DNA from: Oscillospiraceae bacterium | Lineage (GTDB): Bacteria > Bacillota > Clostridia > Oscillospirales > Ruminococcaceae | Assembly: GCA_900770285.1 (NCBI GenBank) | Contig: CAAGJO010000003.1 | Coordinates: 9,989-73,988 of the forward strand | DNA length: 64,000 nucleotides | Direction of reading: 5' to 3' | Shown: piece by piece, positions 17,174 through 27,403 of the stretch | Layout of the letters: each line of letters starts with the position of its first letter | How positions within the stretch are numbered: the stretch's first letter is position 1 | Made by a program: the position numbers and the translations under genes | The notes under the pieces: generated by a model | Seen by the model: the letters and a program-made list of their open reading frames with translations, nothing else | The model's database searches: none | Told to the model about the DNA's origin: nothing

Positions 17174-19030
17174 ATGTGTGGATTTGTAGGATTTACTAAT
17201 AAAATAAATGACGCATCAATAGTCATTGAAAAGATGATGGACAGAATAAAACATCGTGGACCTGACTCTGACGGAAAATATGTTGATGAACAGGTTGCAA
17301 TGGGATTCAGACGTCTTTCAATTATAGACCTTTCCGACAAGGGAAGCCAGCCAATATTCAATGAGGATAAATCAATAGTTATTACTTTCAATGGCGAGAT
17401 ATATAATTATCAGGATTTGAGAAAAGAACTGCTTGAACTGGGTCATAGCTTTTATACACAAACAGATACCGAAGTCTTGGTGCATGGCTATGAACAGTGG
17501 GGAAAAGAGATCCTCTCAAAACTCAGAGGAATGTTTGCTTTTGTGATTTATGACAAAAAGAGCGGAGAAATTTTCGGCGCCAGAGATTTCTTTGGCATTA
17601 AACCGCTTTATTATGCAAAAATGAGCGAAACATTAATGTGGGGCTCTGAAATAAAGAGTTTTCTTGATCACCCTGATTTCAAAAAGGAACTTAATACAGC
17701 AGCTTTGGAATCATATCTGTCATTTCAGTATTCAGTTACCAATGAAACATTCTTCAAAAATGTTTATAAGCTTCCGCCGGCTCATTACTTTACATACAAA
17801 GACGGAAAGATGACAGTTGAACGTTATTGGGACGTTGAATTTACCCCTGATGACGGGCCTTCTCTTGAACAATGGGTAGATAAAATTACCGACACATTCA
17901 AAAATTCAGTAGAGGCTCATAAAATTGCCGATGTTGAAGTAGGTTCATTCCTTTCCAGCGGTGTAGATTCCAGCTATGTCGCAGCAGTGGCAAATGTTGA
18001 TAAAACATTTACTGTTGGTTTCGGTGAGGATGAAAAATATAATGAAATAGGTTATGCCAAGGAATTTTCCAAGTATATTCATAAGGAAAACATTTCAAAG
18101 GTGGTAACTCCTGAGGACTACTGGGGTAATTTTGCAAAAATCCAGTATCACATGGATGAACCTTTGGCTGACCCTGCGGCAGTTGCACTTTTCTTTGTTT
18201 GCCAGATTGCGTCCGAAAAGGTTAAGGTAGTGCTTAGCGGCGAGGGAGCTGATGAAATTTTCGGAGGGTATAATATTTATCATAATCCTGCGGATATGGC
18301 GTCATATAATAAAATTCCTAAGCCTATCAGAAAAGCTGTTGGTGCTGTAGCACAGCATTTGCCCCATAAGCATGGAATAAACTTCCTTATCAGAGGCTCA
18401 CAGGATCTACAGGAAAGATTTATAGGCAATGCATATATCTTTACTGAAAAGGAACGTAAGAACATATTGAAAATTAAAACAGATGCACTAAGTCCTATGG
18501 CTATTACCAAACCTTTTTATGATAAGTGTAAGAACAACGATGAAGTTACACAAATGCAGTATCTTGATTTGCACCTTTGGATGGCAGGGGACATATTGCT
18601 TAAAGCGGATAAAATGAGTATGGCGCATTCTCTTGAACTTCGTGTTCCGTTCCTGGATAAAGAAGTTATGGCTTTGGCAGAGAATATTCCTACAAAGGAT
18701 CGTGTAACTCCTGAAAATACCAAGTATGCAATGAGACTGGCAGCCCTCAGAGCCTGCCCTCCTCAGACAGCTAATAAGAAAAAGCTTGGTTTTCCTGTAC
18801 CTATTCGTGTATGGCTTAAAGAAGATAAGTATTACAATCTTGTTAAAGATAAGTTTACATCATCAGCATCAGCACAGTTCTTCAATACAGAGGAGCTTGT
18901 AAAGCTGCTTGACGAACACCGTGCAGGACATTATGATTATTCGAGAAAGATTTGGACAGTATTCACATTTCTCGTTTGGTATGATGTGTATTTTGGTGAA
19001 AATCCAAAAGCTGAATCTATTTTAAAATAA
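17174..19030 (+). CDS. asnB: Asparagine synthase (glutamine-hydrolysing) family amidotransferase
   Basis: N-terminal MCG nucleophile, HRGPD, RRLSIID, FNGEIYN, LSSGVDSS, SGEGADE, ELRVPFLD. Confidence 0.93.
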   Translation: MCGFVGFTNKINDASIVIEKMMDRIKHRGPDSDGKYVDEQVAMGFRRLSIIDLSDKGSQPIFNEDKSIVITFNGEIYNYQDLRKELLELGHSFYTQTDTEVLVHGYEQWGKEILSKLRGMFAFVIYDKKSGEIFGARDFFGIKPLYYAKMSETLMWGSEIKSFLDHPDFKKELNTAALESYLSFQYSVTNETFFKNVYKLPPAHYFTYKDGKMTVERYWDVEFTPDDGPSLEQWVDKITDTFKNSVEAHKIADVEVGSFLSSGVDSSYVAAVANVDKTFTVGFGEDEKYNEIGYAKEFSKYIHKENISKVVTPEDYWGNFAKIQYHMDEPLADPAAVALFFVCQIASEKVKVVLSGEGADEIFGGYNIYHNPADMASYNKIPKPIRKAVGAVAQHLPHKHGINFLIRGSQDLQERFIGNAYIFTEKERKNILKIKTDALSPMAITKPFYDKCKNNDEVTQMQYLDLHLWMAGDILLKADKMSMAHSLELRVPFLDKEVMALAENIPTKDRVTPENTKYAMRLAALRACPPQTANKKKLGFPVPIRVWLKEDKYYNLVKDKFTSSASAQFFNTEELVKLLDEHRAGHYDYSRKIWTVFTFLVWYDVYFGENPKAESILK

Positions 19031-19037
19031 TGCAAAA

Positions 19038-19070
19038 ATAACGGCAGGGATCAATTTCCCTGCCGTTTAT
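19038..19070. terminator. Terminator hairpin between convergent asnB and ruvX
   Basis: AACGGCAGGGA-TCAATT-TCCCTGCCGTT flanked by A/T runs. Confidence 0.8.
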
Positions 19071-19078
19071 ATTATAGA

Positions 19079-19525
19079 TTATTCTATACTTCCTTTAGCC
19101 TGAGATTTTTCTTTGTTGTGTTTATAGCTAAGATATGATTCAAGTATAATTGTTGCAGCTACAGTGTCTACAACAGCTTTTCTGTTCTTTCCACGCACGT
19201 TGGTTTCATTTAATATCTGATGTGCAGTTACGGTTGTGGAGCGTTCATCCCACATGGTAACGGGACATTCTACAAGCCCGCTGAGTAAATCTGCAAAGTC
19301 CTGACACTTCTGTGCACGAGGACCAAAAGAACCGTTCATGTTTTTGGGAAGACCAACCACTATTTCTCCAACGTCATATGCTTTTGCTGTATCTGCAATT
19401 TTCTGTGCTAAAATATCTGCTTTTCTTTCTTCTATAGTTCCTATGGGGGAGGCAAGAAATTCAGTACGGTCAGATACTGCAAGACCCGTTCTTACATCAC
19501 CATAATCCACCGCCATTATTTTCAT
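19079..19525 (-). CDS. ruvX: YqgF/RuvX family pre-16S rRNA nuclease
   Basis: MAVDYGDVRTGLAVSD, VVGLPKNMNG, WDERSTT, VDTVAA..IL. Confidence 0.94.
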   Translation of the reverse strand: MKIMAVDYGDVRTGLAVSDRTEFLASPIGTIEERKADILAQKIADTAKAYDVGEIVVGLPKNMNGSFGPRAQKCQDFADLLSGLVECPVTMWDERSTTVTAHQILNETNVRGKNRKAVVDTVAATIILESYLSYKHNKEKSQAKGSIE

Positions 19526-19555
19526 AAAAATCGTCCTTTCGTTTATTATAAATTA

Positions 19556-19584
19556 ATTGTATCATATATTTTCAGCCTTTACAA
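19556..19584 (-). promoter_or_regulatory. SigA-type promoter of ruvX
   Basis: Minus strand TTGTAA-17 bp-TACAAT. Confidence 0.6.
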
Positions 19585-19671
19585 GTACCTTGAAAGTGAA
19601 TAAACATAAATACGCTGCATACAATAATAAAGCTTTGATTGAGTGCATTAGATAAAATGGAGGTCTTTATT

Positions 19672-20322
19672 GTGAATAAGTATGAATGTAAATTGTGCGG
19701 AGAAGTTTTTGAAGTTGAAGTGGGAATTGAACCGGTGTGTCCTAAATGCGGTGCGATAATTGATAATCTCGAGCAGATTGGCGCTCAGAATAAATATGAA
19801 GGCACAAGAACCCTGAAAAATCTGGAGGCTGCCTTTGCAGGTGAATCTCAGGCGAGAAATAAGTATACATTTTTTGCGGCAAAGGCTAAACAAGAAGGTT
19901 TTGAACAGATTGCGGCATTGTTTTTGAAAACTGCTGATAATGAAAAGGAACATGCAGAAATCTGGTTTAAAGAGCTTAACGGTATTGGTGATACTGCTGC
20001 AAATCTTGAGTCAGCTGCTGACGGCGAAAATTATGAATGGACTGATATGTATGAGGAATTTGCTAAAACGGCAGAGGAGGAAGGCTTCAGCGATTTGGCG
20101 GCTAAATTCCGCATGGTGGCTGATATTGAAAAACAGCATGAGAACCGTTACCGTGCATTGCTGAAGAATGTTGAAACAGCTAAGGTGTTTGAAAAAAGCG
20201 AAGTGCAGGTTTGGGAATGCCGTAACTGTGGACATATTGTTGTCGGTACAAAAGCACCGGATATTTGTCCTGTTTGTGCTCATTCACAGAGCTATTTTGA
20301 AATCAAAGAGCAGAACTATTAA
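19672..20322 (+). CDS. rbr: Rubrerythrin with an extra N-terminal CxxC...CxxC metal-binding domain
   Basis: [22 protein letters not shown] diiron motifs; C-terminal WECRNCG...CPVC rubredoxin domain; GTG start after SD GGAGG. Confidence 0.92.
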   Translation: MNKYECKLCGEVFEVEVGIEPVCPKCGAIIDNLEQIGAQNKYEGTRTLKNLEAAFAGESQARNKYTFFAAKAKQEGFEQIAALFLKTADNEKEHAEIWFKELNGIGDTAANLESAADGENYEWTDMYEEFAKTAEEEGFSDLAAKFRMVADIEKQHENRYRALLKNVETAKVFEKSEVQVWECRNCGHIVVGTKAPDICPVCAHSQSYFEIKEQNY

Positions 20323-20336
20323 TTTCATATTTTTAT

Positions 20337-20372
20337 TGACTGTATGCCAACAATTGGGCATACAGTCATTTT
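20337..20372 (+). terminator. Rho-independent terminator after rubrerythrin
   Basis: TGACTGTATGCC-loop-GGCATACAGTCA TTTT. Confidence 0.8.
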
Positions 20373-20404
20373 GTGCAATGTATTTGAAAGAGGTGTTAAA
20401 AATG

Positions 20405-20433
20405 TTGATTTTTTTGGGGAAAAGTATTATAAT
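20405..20433 (+). promoter_or_regulatory. SigA-type promoter
   Basis: TTGATT-17 bp-TATAAT upstream of the FN3 protein gene. Confidence 0.6.
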
Positions 20434-20478
20434 AAAAAAAGATGTTATATTATCTTTTGAAAAGGATTTAAATTATAT

Positions 20479-22443
20479 ATGAAAACGAAAATAATAAAAA
20501 GAATTACATCGGCAGCATTGGTTTTTGCAATGGTCTTGTCCTGTGCAATGTCAGCAGATATGGAAAGTCTGATGGCTGAGTTAACTGGTACATATGCATA
20601 TGCAAGCAGTTCATCGTCTGTTAATAAGATTTCAGGATTAAAAGTGTCAACATCTGCGTCAAAGGCAGCGCTTTCGTGGAATAAAATTTCAGGTGTAAAT
20701 GGCTATAAGATCTATAAATATAACACTAAAAGCAGAAAATACGATGAACTTGCGGCGGTTAAAACCAATAAATATACAGTTTCAAAGCTTTCAGCCTGTA
20801 AAACGTATAAATTTATGGTAAAAGCATATAAAAAAGTTAATGACAAAACAATATACGGCAAATATGCTGTTGTAACTGCAAGGACAAAGCTAAAACCTGT
20901 TACCGGTTTAAAAAGCACTGCATTAAATAAAACATCATTGTGCCTTTCATGGAATAAAGTAAGCGGTGTTCAGGGGTATGCAGTATACAAATATAGCAGC
21001 AATAAATGGGTTAAATTAAAAAAGCTTTCCGGAAATCAATATACGGTTAATGGTTTAAAAGCTGGAGTGACGTATAAGTTTGCTGTTAAAGGCTATAAAA
21101 AGAGCGGCAGTTCATATGATTATACGAGTACCGCTAATATTTCCGCTTGTCCAAAGCTTAATGCAGTCAGCAATCTTAAAGCATCTGCGGTTACATATGA
21201 TTCTGTAAACCTTAGCTGGAATAAAATATCAGGTGCTGCAAAATATTATGTTTATAAATATAATTATGCGAAAAAGAAATATGAGTATGTTGCCTCAACA
21301 ACAGCGTTGTATTATAAGGCAGGGAACTTAAAGGTCGGCACATCATATAAATTTGCCGTTACGGCGGCTAAAACTCTGAGCGGAACAACAGTAAAATCCG
21401 ACAGACTTTCGTCTATAAATGTGAAAACAAAAACATATTATAAATTTAACGCAAAACAGAAGGAAGTTTTCAACCAGATCCGTTCTGGAATTCTGAATAT
21501 GAAAACAACAATAAATATCAGCAGCAGCGTGTTAAATAAAAATGATTATGGCAGTATGATGGCTGCTGTCACATACAGCTTGCCGCAGGTTAGTAATCTT
21601 TCTGTAAGAAGCAGTTATATATATGATGACAATAATTGTATTTTTCAGGTTTATCCGGAGTATACTTGCTGCAAGACAACTGAGGAGAAACGAAGGACTG
21701 CTCAAAACAATATTATAAACAGTATTGCAGCCAAAACAAAGAATATGTCTCAATATGATAAAGTCAAATACTTCCATGACTATATTATAAATAAATGCAG
21801 CTATACTGCTTCGGGAAACAATATATTTTCGGCATACGGGTGTCTGGTTGAAGGACAGGCTGTTTGCCAGGGTTATTCAAATGCTTTTAATTTACTGTGT
21901 ACAAAAGCCGGAATTGCCTGTATAAATGTTACCGGAAATGCTGTAAACCCTAATGGTGAAACTGAAAACCATATGTGGAATATGGTAAAGGTAAATGGAC
22001 GATGGTATCATATAGATGTTACCTGGGATGACCAAAGTGCATTGGACGGCTATATAAGTTATGATTTCTTCTTAACTGACAGTGCTTCTATTTTGAAAGG
22101 CAGAAATATTTTTACAACAAAATTCATATCATATCCTTCTGCTGTAAGTAATGTGGACAATTATTTTGTAAAGAATAAATTATATGTAGATGATAACCAA
22201 AGCTATAAAAAAGTATTTGATTATGCGGCAGATAAAACAGTTAAAAATAAACAGAAATATATAATGATAAGATTTAAAAATCCAAAGGATTATGCTTCTT
22301 TTGTGAATAATATTAAATCATCATATGTTTTTGATGTTCTGAAAAGCAAAAAGTCTAAATACAAATCCAGCTTAGACTGCAATAATATTAAATATTGCAC
22401 AAATTCAAATATGCTGACCGTAACAATAAAGTTGACCTATTAA
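20479..22443 (+). CDS. Secreted protein with three fibronectin type III repeats and a transglutaminase-like (Cys-His-Asp) domain
   Basis: Signal peptide; three repeats of LSWNK.SG..Y.VY...YKF.V.A; AVCQGYS, NHMWN, HIDVTWDD. Confidence 0.87.
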   Translation: MKTKIIKRITSAALVFAMVLSCAMSADMESLMAELTGTYAYASSSSSVNKISGLKVSTSASKAALSWNKISGVNGYKIYKYNTKSRKYDELAAVKTNKYTVSKLSACKTYKFMVKAYKKVNDKTIYGKYAVVTARTKLKPVTGLKSTALNKTSLCLSWNKVSGVQGYAVYKYSSNKWVKLKKLSGNQYTVNGLKAGVTYKFAVKGYKKSGSSYDYTSTANISACPKLNAVSNLKASAVTYDSVNLSWNKISGAAKYYVYKYNYAKKKYEYVASTTALYYKAGNLKVGTSYKFAVTAAKTLSGTTVKSDRLSSINVKTKTYYKFNAKQKEVFNQIRSGILNMKTTINISSSVLNKNDYGSMMAAVTYSLPQVSNLSVRSSYIYDDNNCIFQVYPEYTCCKTTEEKRRTAQNNIINSIAAKTKNMSQYDKVKYFHDYIINKCSYTASGNNIFSAYGCLVEGQAVCQGYSNAFNLLCTKAGIACINVTGNAVNPNGETENHMWNMVKVNGRWYHIDVTWDDQSALDGYISYDFFLTDSASILKGRNIFTTKFISYPSAVSNVDNYFVKNKLYVDDNQSYKKVFDYAADKTVKNKQKYIMIRFKNPKDYASFVNNIKSSYVFDVLKSKKSKYKSSLDCNNIKYCTNSNMLTVTIKLTY

Positions 22444-22634
22444 AAACATAGATTTAACATAAAAATAAGATAATTGCATTTTGCGGGTAAAGGACATTGA
22501 GATTTCTATTGTTCAGTTACTATTTGTAACCTTGCTGTAATATATAGGATTGTTTTTACTTTCTGATTTTCCGGATTTGTAATCATTGTGCTGCGATTAA
22601 TACCGCATTGTTGCATATTTTGTTGGAAAAGCAC

Positions 22635-22663
22635 TTGAATTTTACCATAAAAAGTTGTATAAT
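22635..22663 (+). promoter_or_regulatory. SigA-type promoter of the polysaccharide locus
   Basis: TTGAAT-17 bp-TATAAT, about 170 nt upstream of the first gene. Confidence 0.6.
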
Positions 22664-22831
22664 ATAATTATGTATTGTAATCTATCTGACTTTCTTAATG
22701 TGTTATAGTAATAGTATTTATGTACGAAAATATGGTGAATATTTTACTTTTTTGTGGACTTATTTTATACTAAACTATTAATATGTTTAAGCATGTCGTT
22801 ATATAACACTATAAAAAACCGGGGCAGATTT

Positions 22832-23770
22832 ATGAATATTTTGATTTTAGGGGCAGCGAGTTTTGTTGGAAAAAATCTTACAATAGAGCTTGCTAAAGAT
22901 TTGGATAATAACATCACACTTGTGGATGTAAGCAAAGATTATTTTTCTCATATAGACTCAATTCATTCTGAGAATATACATGTAAAAGAATCTGCTTTTA
23001 TGTCAGATACTAATTTTGATGAATTGCTGGAAAATCAAGATGTTGTGTATCATTTAGTCAGTACTAATGTTCCTGCCACATCAAATCAGTATATATCTCA
23101 GGAAATAAACTCCAACCTGGTTTTTTCAGATAATTTGCTTAAGTCATGCGTAAAATGCGGTGTACAAAAAGTCGTGTTTACTTCTTCGGGCGGTGCTGTG
23201 TATGGAAAAGAAACCGAATGTCCAATTAAAGAGGATACAATAACTAATCCAATTTCATCTTACGGCGTTCAGAAGATTACTATAGAAAAACTGCTGTATT
23301 TGTATAGATATATTTACGGCTTGGACTATCGGATTATTCGTTTGGCAAATCCTTATGGACCGTATCAAAGACCGAATGGAACTCTTGGCGTGGTGACAAA
23401 TTTTGTTTATAAGGCACTTAAAGGTGAGAAAATAACGGTTTACGGAGACGGCTCTGTAGTTCGTGACTTTATTTATATTAATGACGCCGTAAGGGCTATA
23501 ATGAAAATTTCAGACGGAGAGAACAAGCATCATATATTTAATGTCGGATGTGGATACGGAACAAGTATAAAACAGCTGCTGTGTATTATTTCCCAAGCCT
23601 TGAATCTGGAGCTTGACGTTACATATAAAGAGGGCAGGAAAGCGGATGTGCCTGTTAATTACTTGGATATATCAAGATATGAGAAATATTATGGTAAGCT
23701 GAACCCCGTTTCACTAAGCGAAGGTGTGAAACTTACAGCTGAATTTCTGAAACAATATTATAATATATGA
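22832..23770 (+). CDS. NAD-dependent epimerase/dehydratase/reductase (extended SDR)
   Basis: ILILGAASFVG Rossmann motif, SSGGAVYG, YGVQK (YxxxK), RLANPYGP, RDFIYI. Confidence 0.9.
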   Translation: MNILILGAASFVGKNLTIELAKDLDNNITLVDVSKDYFSHIDSIHSENIHVKESAFMSDTNFDELLENQDVVYHLVSTNVPATSNQYISQEINSNLVFSDNLLKSCVKCGVQKVVFTSSGGAVYGKETECPIKEDTITNPISSYGVQKITIEKLLYLYRYIYGLDYRIIRLANPYGPYQRPNGTLGVVTNFVYKALKGEKITVYGDGSVVRDFIYINDAVRAIMKISDGENKHHIFNVGCGYGTSIKQLLCIISQALNLELDVTYKEGRKADVPVNYLDISRYEKYYGKLNPVSLSEGVKLTAEFLKQYYNI

Positions 23771-23787
23771 GAAGGTGAAGGTCAAAA

Positions 23788-24678
23788 ATGAAAGGCATTA
23801 TATTAGCCGGAGGTGCCGGTACAAGATTATACCCGTTGACTATGGTTACATCAAAACAGCTCCTTCCGGTATATGATAAACCTATGATATATTACCCGCT
23901 GTCAACCTTAATGCTGGCAGGCATTAGAGATATTCTGATTATTTCTACACCGGAGGATACTTCAAGGTTTAAACTCTTGTTGGGTGATGGCCATCAGTTT
24001 GGAATAAGCCTTTCTTATGCAGTACAGCCGTCCCCTGACGGTTTGGCACAGGCTTTCATTATTGGTGAGGAGTTTATCGGAAATGAACCGTGCGCAATGA
24101 TTCTCGGAGATAATATTTTTTACGGCAATGGTTTTTCACATACATTGCAGCACTGTGTTGAAAAAGCAGAGGATGGCTATGCAACGGTGTTTGGATATTT
24201 CGTGAGCGACCCTGAACGATTTGGTATCGTTGAATTTGATGAAAATGGAAAAGTCCTTTCTGTTGAAGAAAAACCGAAAAAGCCAAAGAGCAACTATGCA
24301 ATTACAGGTCTTTATTTCTATCCCGCAAATGTAAGCCGTATGGCCAAAGAAGTTGTTCCGTCTGCTCGCGGTGAGCTTGAAATTACATCTCTCAATGATA
24401 TGTATTTGAAAAAAGACCTGTTGAATGTTGAACTTTTGGGACGTGGTTTTGCATGGCTTGATACGGGAACTATGGAGAGTCTCCTTGAGGCTTCGGAATT
24501 TATACATATGGTAGAAAAAAGACAGGGTATTGAAATTTCTGCTCCTGAAGAAATAGCATTCAGAAATCAGTGGATTACTAAACAAGAACTTCTTAAATCT
24601 GCCAGAAAATATGGGAAATCTTCTTATGGTGTGCATTTAAAGACGGTTGCTGAGGGTAAGATTTATCATACCGTTTAA
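23788..24678 (+). CDS. rfbA: Glucose-1-phosphate thymidylyltransferase
   Basis: [44 protein letters not shown]. Confidence 0.97.
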   Translation: MKGIILAGGAGTRLYPLTMVTSKQLLPVYDKPMIYYPLSTLMLAGIRDILIISTPEDTSRFKLLLGDGHQFGISLSYAVQPSPDGLAQAFIIGEEFIGNEPCAMILGDNIFYGNGFSHTLQHCVEKAEDGYATVFGYFVSDPERFGIVEFDENGKVLSVEEKPKKPKSNYAITGLYFYPANVSRMAKEVVPSARGELEITSLNDMYLKKDLLNVELLGRGFAWLDTGTMESLLEASEFIHMVEKRQGIEISAPEEIAFRNQWITKQELLKSARKYGKSSYGVHLKTVAEGKIYHTV

Positions 24679-24708
24679 AAAATAAAAGATAAAGGAATAT
24701 ATACATAT

Positions 24709-25734
24709 ATGAAACAGACAGTCATAGTAACCGGCGGCGCCGGATTTATAGGTTCAAATTTTGTATTTCATATGCTTGATACATACCCTGATTACAGAAT
24801 TGTTTGCTTGGACAAGCTGACTTATGCAGGTAATTTGTCCACTCTTGCTTCTGTAATGGATAATCCGAATTTTAGATTTGTAAAAGGGGACATTTGCGAC
24901 CGTGACGCAGTTTATAAGCTGTTTGAAGAGGAATGCCCTGATATTGTTGTTAATTTTGCAGCAGAATCTCACGTTGACCGCTCTATTGAAGATCCGGGTA
25001 TCTTTTTGCAGACAAATATCATGGGTACAGCTACATTAATGGATGCTTGCAGAAAATATGGTATAAAAAGATTTCATCAGGTAAGTACAGATGAGGTATA
25101 TGGTGATTTACCTTTGGACAGACCTGATTTGTTCTTTACTGAGGAAACTCCTGTTCACACAAGCAGTCCGTATAGCAGTTCCAAAGCGTCAGCAGATTTA
25201 CTTGTCCTTGCATATTACAGAACCTATGGTCTTCCTGTTTCCATAAGCCGCTGTTCTAATAACTATGGTCCGTATCAGTTCCCTGAAAAGCTGATACCTC
25301 TTATGATTGCCAATGCTTTGAATGACAAACCTCTGCCTGTATATGGTGAGGGTCTGAATGTGCGTGACTGGCTTTATGTGGAGGATCACTGTAAGGCTAT
25401 AGATTTAATTATACATAAAGGACGTGTCGGCGAGGTATATAACGTAGGCGGACATAATGAGATGAAGAATATTGACATAGTAAAGATTATTTGCAGGGAA
25501 ATTGGCAAACCAGAGTCACTGATTACTCATGTCACTGATCGTAAAGGCCATGATTTGCGTTATGCCATTGATCCCGAAAAAATTCACAGTGAGCTTGGCT
25601 GGCTGCCTGAAACTATGTTTAATGACGGTATCCAAAAGACAATAAAATGGTATCTGGATAACCGGGAATGGTGGGAAGACATAATTTCTGGTGAATATCA
25701 GAACTACTATGAAAAAATGTATAAAAACAGATAA
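24709..25734 (+). CDS. rfbB: dTDP-glucose 4,6-dehydratase
   Basis: TGGAGFIG, DKLTYAGN, AAESHVDRSI, STDEVYG, YSSSK. Confidence 0.97.
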   Translation: MKQTVIVTGGAGFIGSNFVFHMLDTYPDYRIVCLDKLTYAGNLSTLASVMDNPNFRFVKGDICDRDAVYKLFEEECPDIVVNFAAESHVDRSIEDPGIFLQTNIMGTATLMDACRKYGIKRFHQVSTDEVYGDLPLDRPDLFFTEETPVHTSSPYSSSKASADLLVLAYYRTYGLPVSISRCSNNYGPYQFPEKLIPLMIANALNDKPLPVYGEGLNVRDWLYVEDHCKAIDLIIHKGRVGEVYNVGGHNEMKNIDIVKIICREIGKPESLITHVTDRKGHDLRYAIDPEKIHSELGWLPETMFNDGIQKTIKWYLDNREWWEDIISGEYQNYYEKMYKNR

Positions 25735-25748
25735 AGAAAGATAAGCCA

Positions 25749-26864
25749 ATGGAAAGAATAGCTGTTGTAATGGGAAAAATGCATTCCGGCGGGAAGAAAA
25801 ATCTCGTTATGGAATACTACAGAAATATAGATCGCTCTAAAATTCAGTTCGATTTTATATGCGATGCAGATTCCAATGCAATCCCAAAAGATGAAATAAA
25901 AGAGCTTGGAGGAAGAGTTTACGAAATTGCTCCATATCAGCATATTTTTAAGAACATGAGTGATATGCGTAAAATTTGCAAATCCAATAATTATAAGATA
26001 ATGCATTCTTATAACGGCACTATGAATTTGTTCTCCATGTTTGTTGGCTGGCTGACTCATATTCCTGTCAGAATAAATGAGAGCATTTCTATGGGTCACA
26101 GTGCTGATAAGAAAACAATTTTAAAGAACATCCTTAAACCGTTTTCAAGAATGTTTGCCACGCATTTTATGTCAAATGGAGAAGTCTGCGGCAGGTGGCA
26201 GTTTGGAGATAAATTATATAATGAAGGCAAAGTAAAAGTCTTCAAGACAGTGATTAATACTGATATCAATAAATTTGACCCTGAAGTCAGGGCCAGAACC
26301 CGTGCAGAATATGGCATTGAGGACAATATTGTAATCGGACATATAGGTCGTTTGACCGAACAGAAAAATACTCTTTTTATTATTGATATATTCAATGAAA
26401 TTATAAAGCAGGAGCCAAAGGCAAAGCTGCTTATTATTGGTGACGGAAACCTTCGTGAGGCAATGCTTGATAAAATCAAGTCTTACGGAATTTCTGGAAA
26501 TATTCTTTACTTGGGAAGAAGAGAAGATATACAGCAGTTTTATAATGCAATGGATTGTTTTCTGCTTCCCAGTCTTTATGAAGGCTTGCCGGTAGTTGGG
26601 GTTGAAGCTGAAAACTGTGGTTTGCCAATGTTTTTCTCAACAGAAATTCCAAAGGAATCCAGTGCTTGTCCTGATCTGGGACATTTTATCAGTTTGGATA
26701 AAAGTGCTAAGGAATGGGCTGACGAGGTTTTGAAAGCAGCAAAGAAAAGTATTGGCAAGAGAACAGGAAGAACCGAAGAGGTAAAAGCAGCAGGCTTTGA
26801 TTCCGCTATTGAGGCAGAAAAACTTCTTGATTATTATGAAAATGTTCTTTCTGAAATAAAATAA
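25749..26864 (+). CDS. Glycosyltransferase family 4 (EpsF-like)
   Basis: GHIGRLTEQKN, PSLYEGLPVVGVEA (Ex7E). Confidence 0.9.
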   Translation: MERIAVVMGKMHSGGKKNLVMEYYRNIDRSKIQFDFICDADSNAIPKDEIKELGGRVYEIAPYQHIFKNMSDMRKICKSNNYKIMHSYNGTMNLFSMFVGWLTHIPVRINESISMGHSADKKTILKNILKPFSRMFATHFMSNGEVCGRWQFGDKLYNEGKVKVFKTVINTDINKFDPEVRARTRAEYGIEDNIVIGHIGRLTEQKNTLFIIDIFNEIIKQEPKAKLLIIGDGNLREAMLDKIKSYGISGNILYLGRREDIQQFYNAMDCFLLPSLYEGLPVVGVEAENCGLPMFFSTEIPKESSACPDLGHFISLDKSAKEWADEVLKAAKKSIGKRTGRTEEVKAAGFDSAIEAEKLLDYYENVLSEIK

Positions 26865-26884
26865 TTAATAGCTTTTGGATATGA

Positions 26885-27403
26885 ATGGAGGAAACGATTC
26901 TGGTACTTATGAAGATATGGTGTCATATTATCGCAGCTATAAAAAAGATATGGTACAAAATCGTTAACGGAAACAGAGTATCTTTTGGAAGGGAGACTAC
27001 TTTTCGCAAAGGATTTAGCTTAGTTATTGATAAAAACGGTACGGTTGAAATTGGCGACAATTGTTTTTTCAATAATGGGTGTTCAATTAATTGCCTGAAT
27101 TCAGTTGAAATTGGTGCAGGTACTATTTTTGGTGAAAATGTTAAAGTTTATGATCATAATCACCGTTTTGCGGATTTTAATCAGCCCATAAAATCGCAGG
27201 GGTATTCTGTTGGCAGCATTAAAATCGGAAAGCACTGCTGGATAGGAAGCAATGCTGTTATTCTTAAAGGTGCTGAAATAGGAGACAACTGCGTTATAGG
27301 TGCCGGATGTGTAATATCAGGAAGAATTGACAGCGGAAATATTGTTAAAATGCCCTGTGATTACGTTGTTGAACCTATAAGGGAGGATACTAAAAATGAA
27401 TGA
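26885..27403 (+). CDS. Hexapeptide-repeat (left-handed beta-helix) O-acyltransferase
   Basis: IGDNCF, IGAGTIFG, DHNH, IGKHCWIG, IGDNCVIGAG repeats; alternative start at 26909. Confidence 0.88.
   Translation: MEETILVLMKIWCHIIAAIKKIWYKIVNGNRVSFGRETTFRKGFSLVIDKNGTVEIGDNCFFNNGCSINCLNSVEIGAGTIFGENVKVYDHNHRFADFNQPIKSQGYSVGSIKIGKHCWIGSNAVILKGAEIGDNCVIGAGCVISGRIDSGNIVKMPCDYVVEPIREDTKNE

Noticed and set aside
22465..22620. Possible long-range inverted repeat or invertible element upstream of the polysaccharide promoter
   Set aside because: Match TTGCATTTTGCGG / CCGCATTGTTGCA is short and imperfect, does not bracket the promoter, and no recombinase is nearby.
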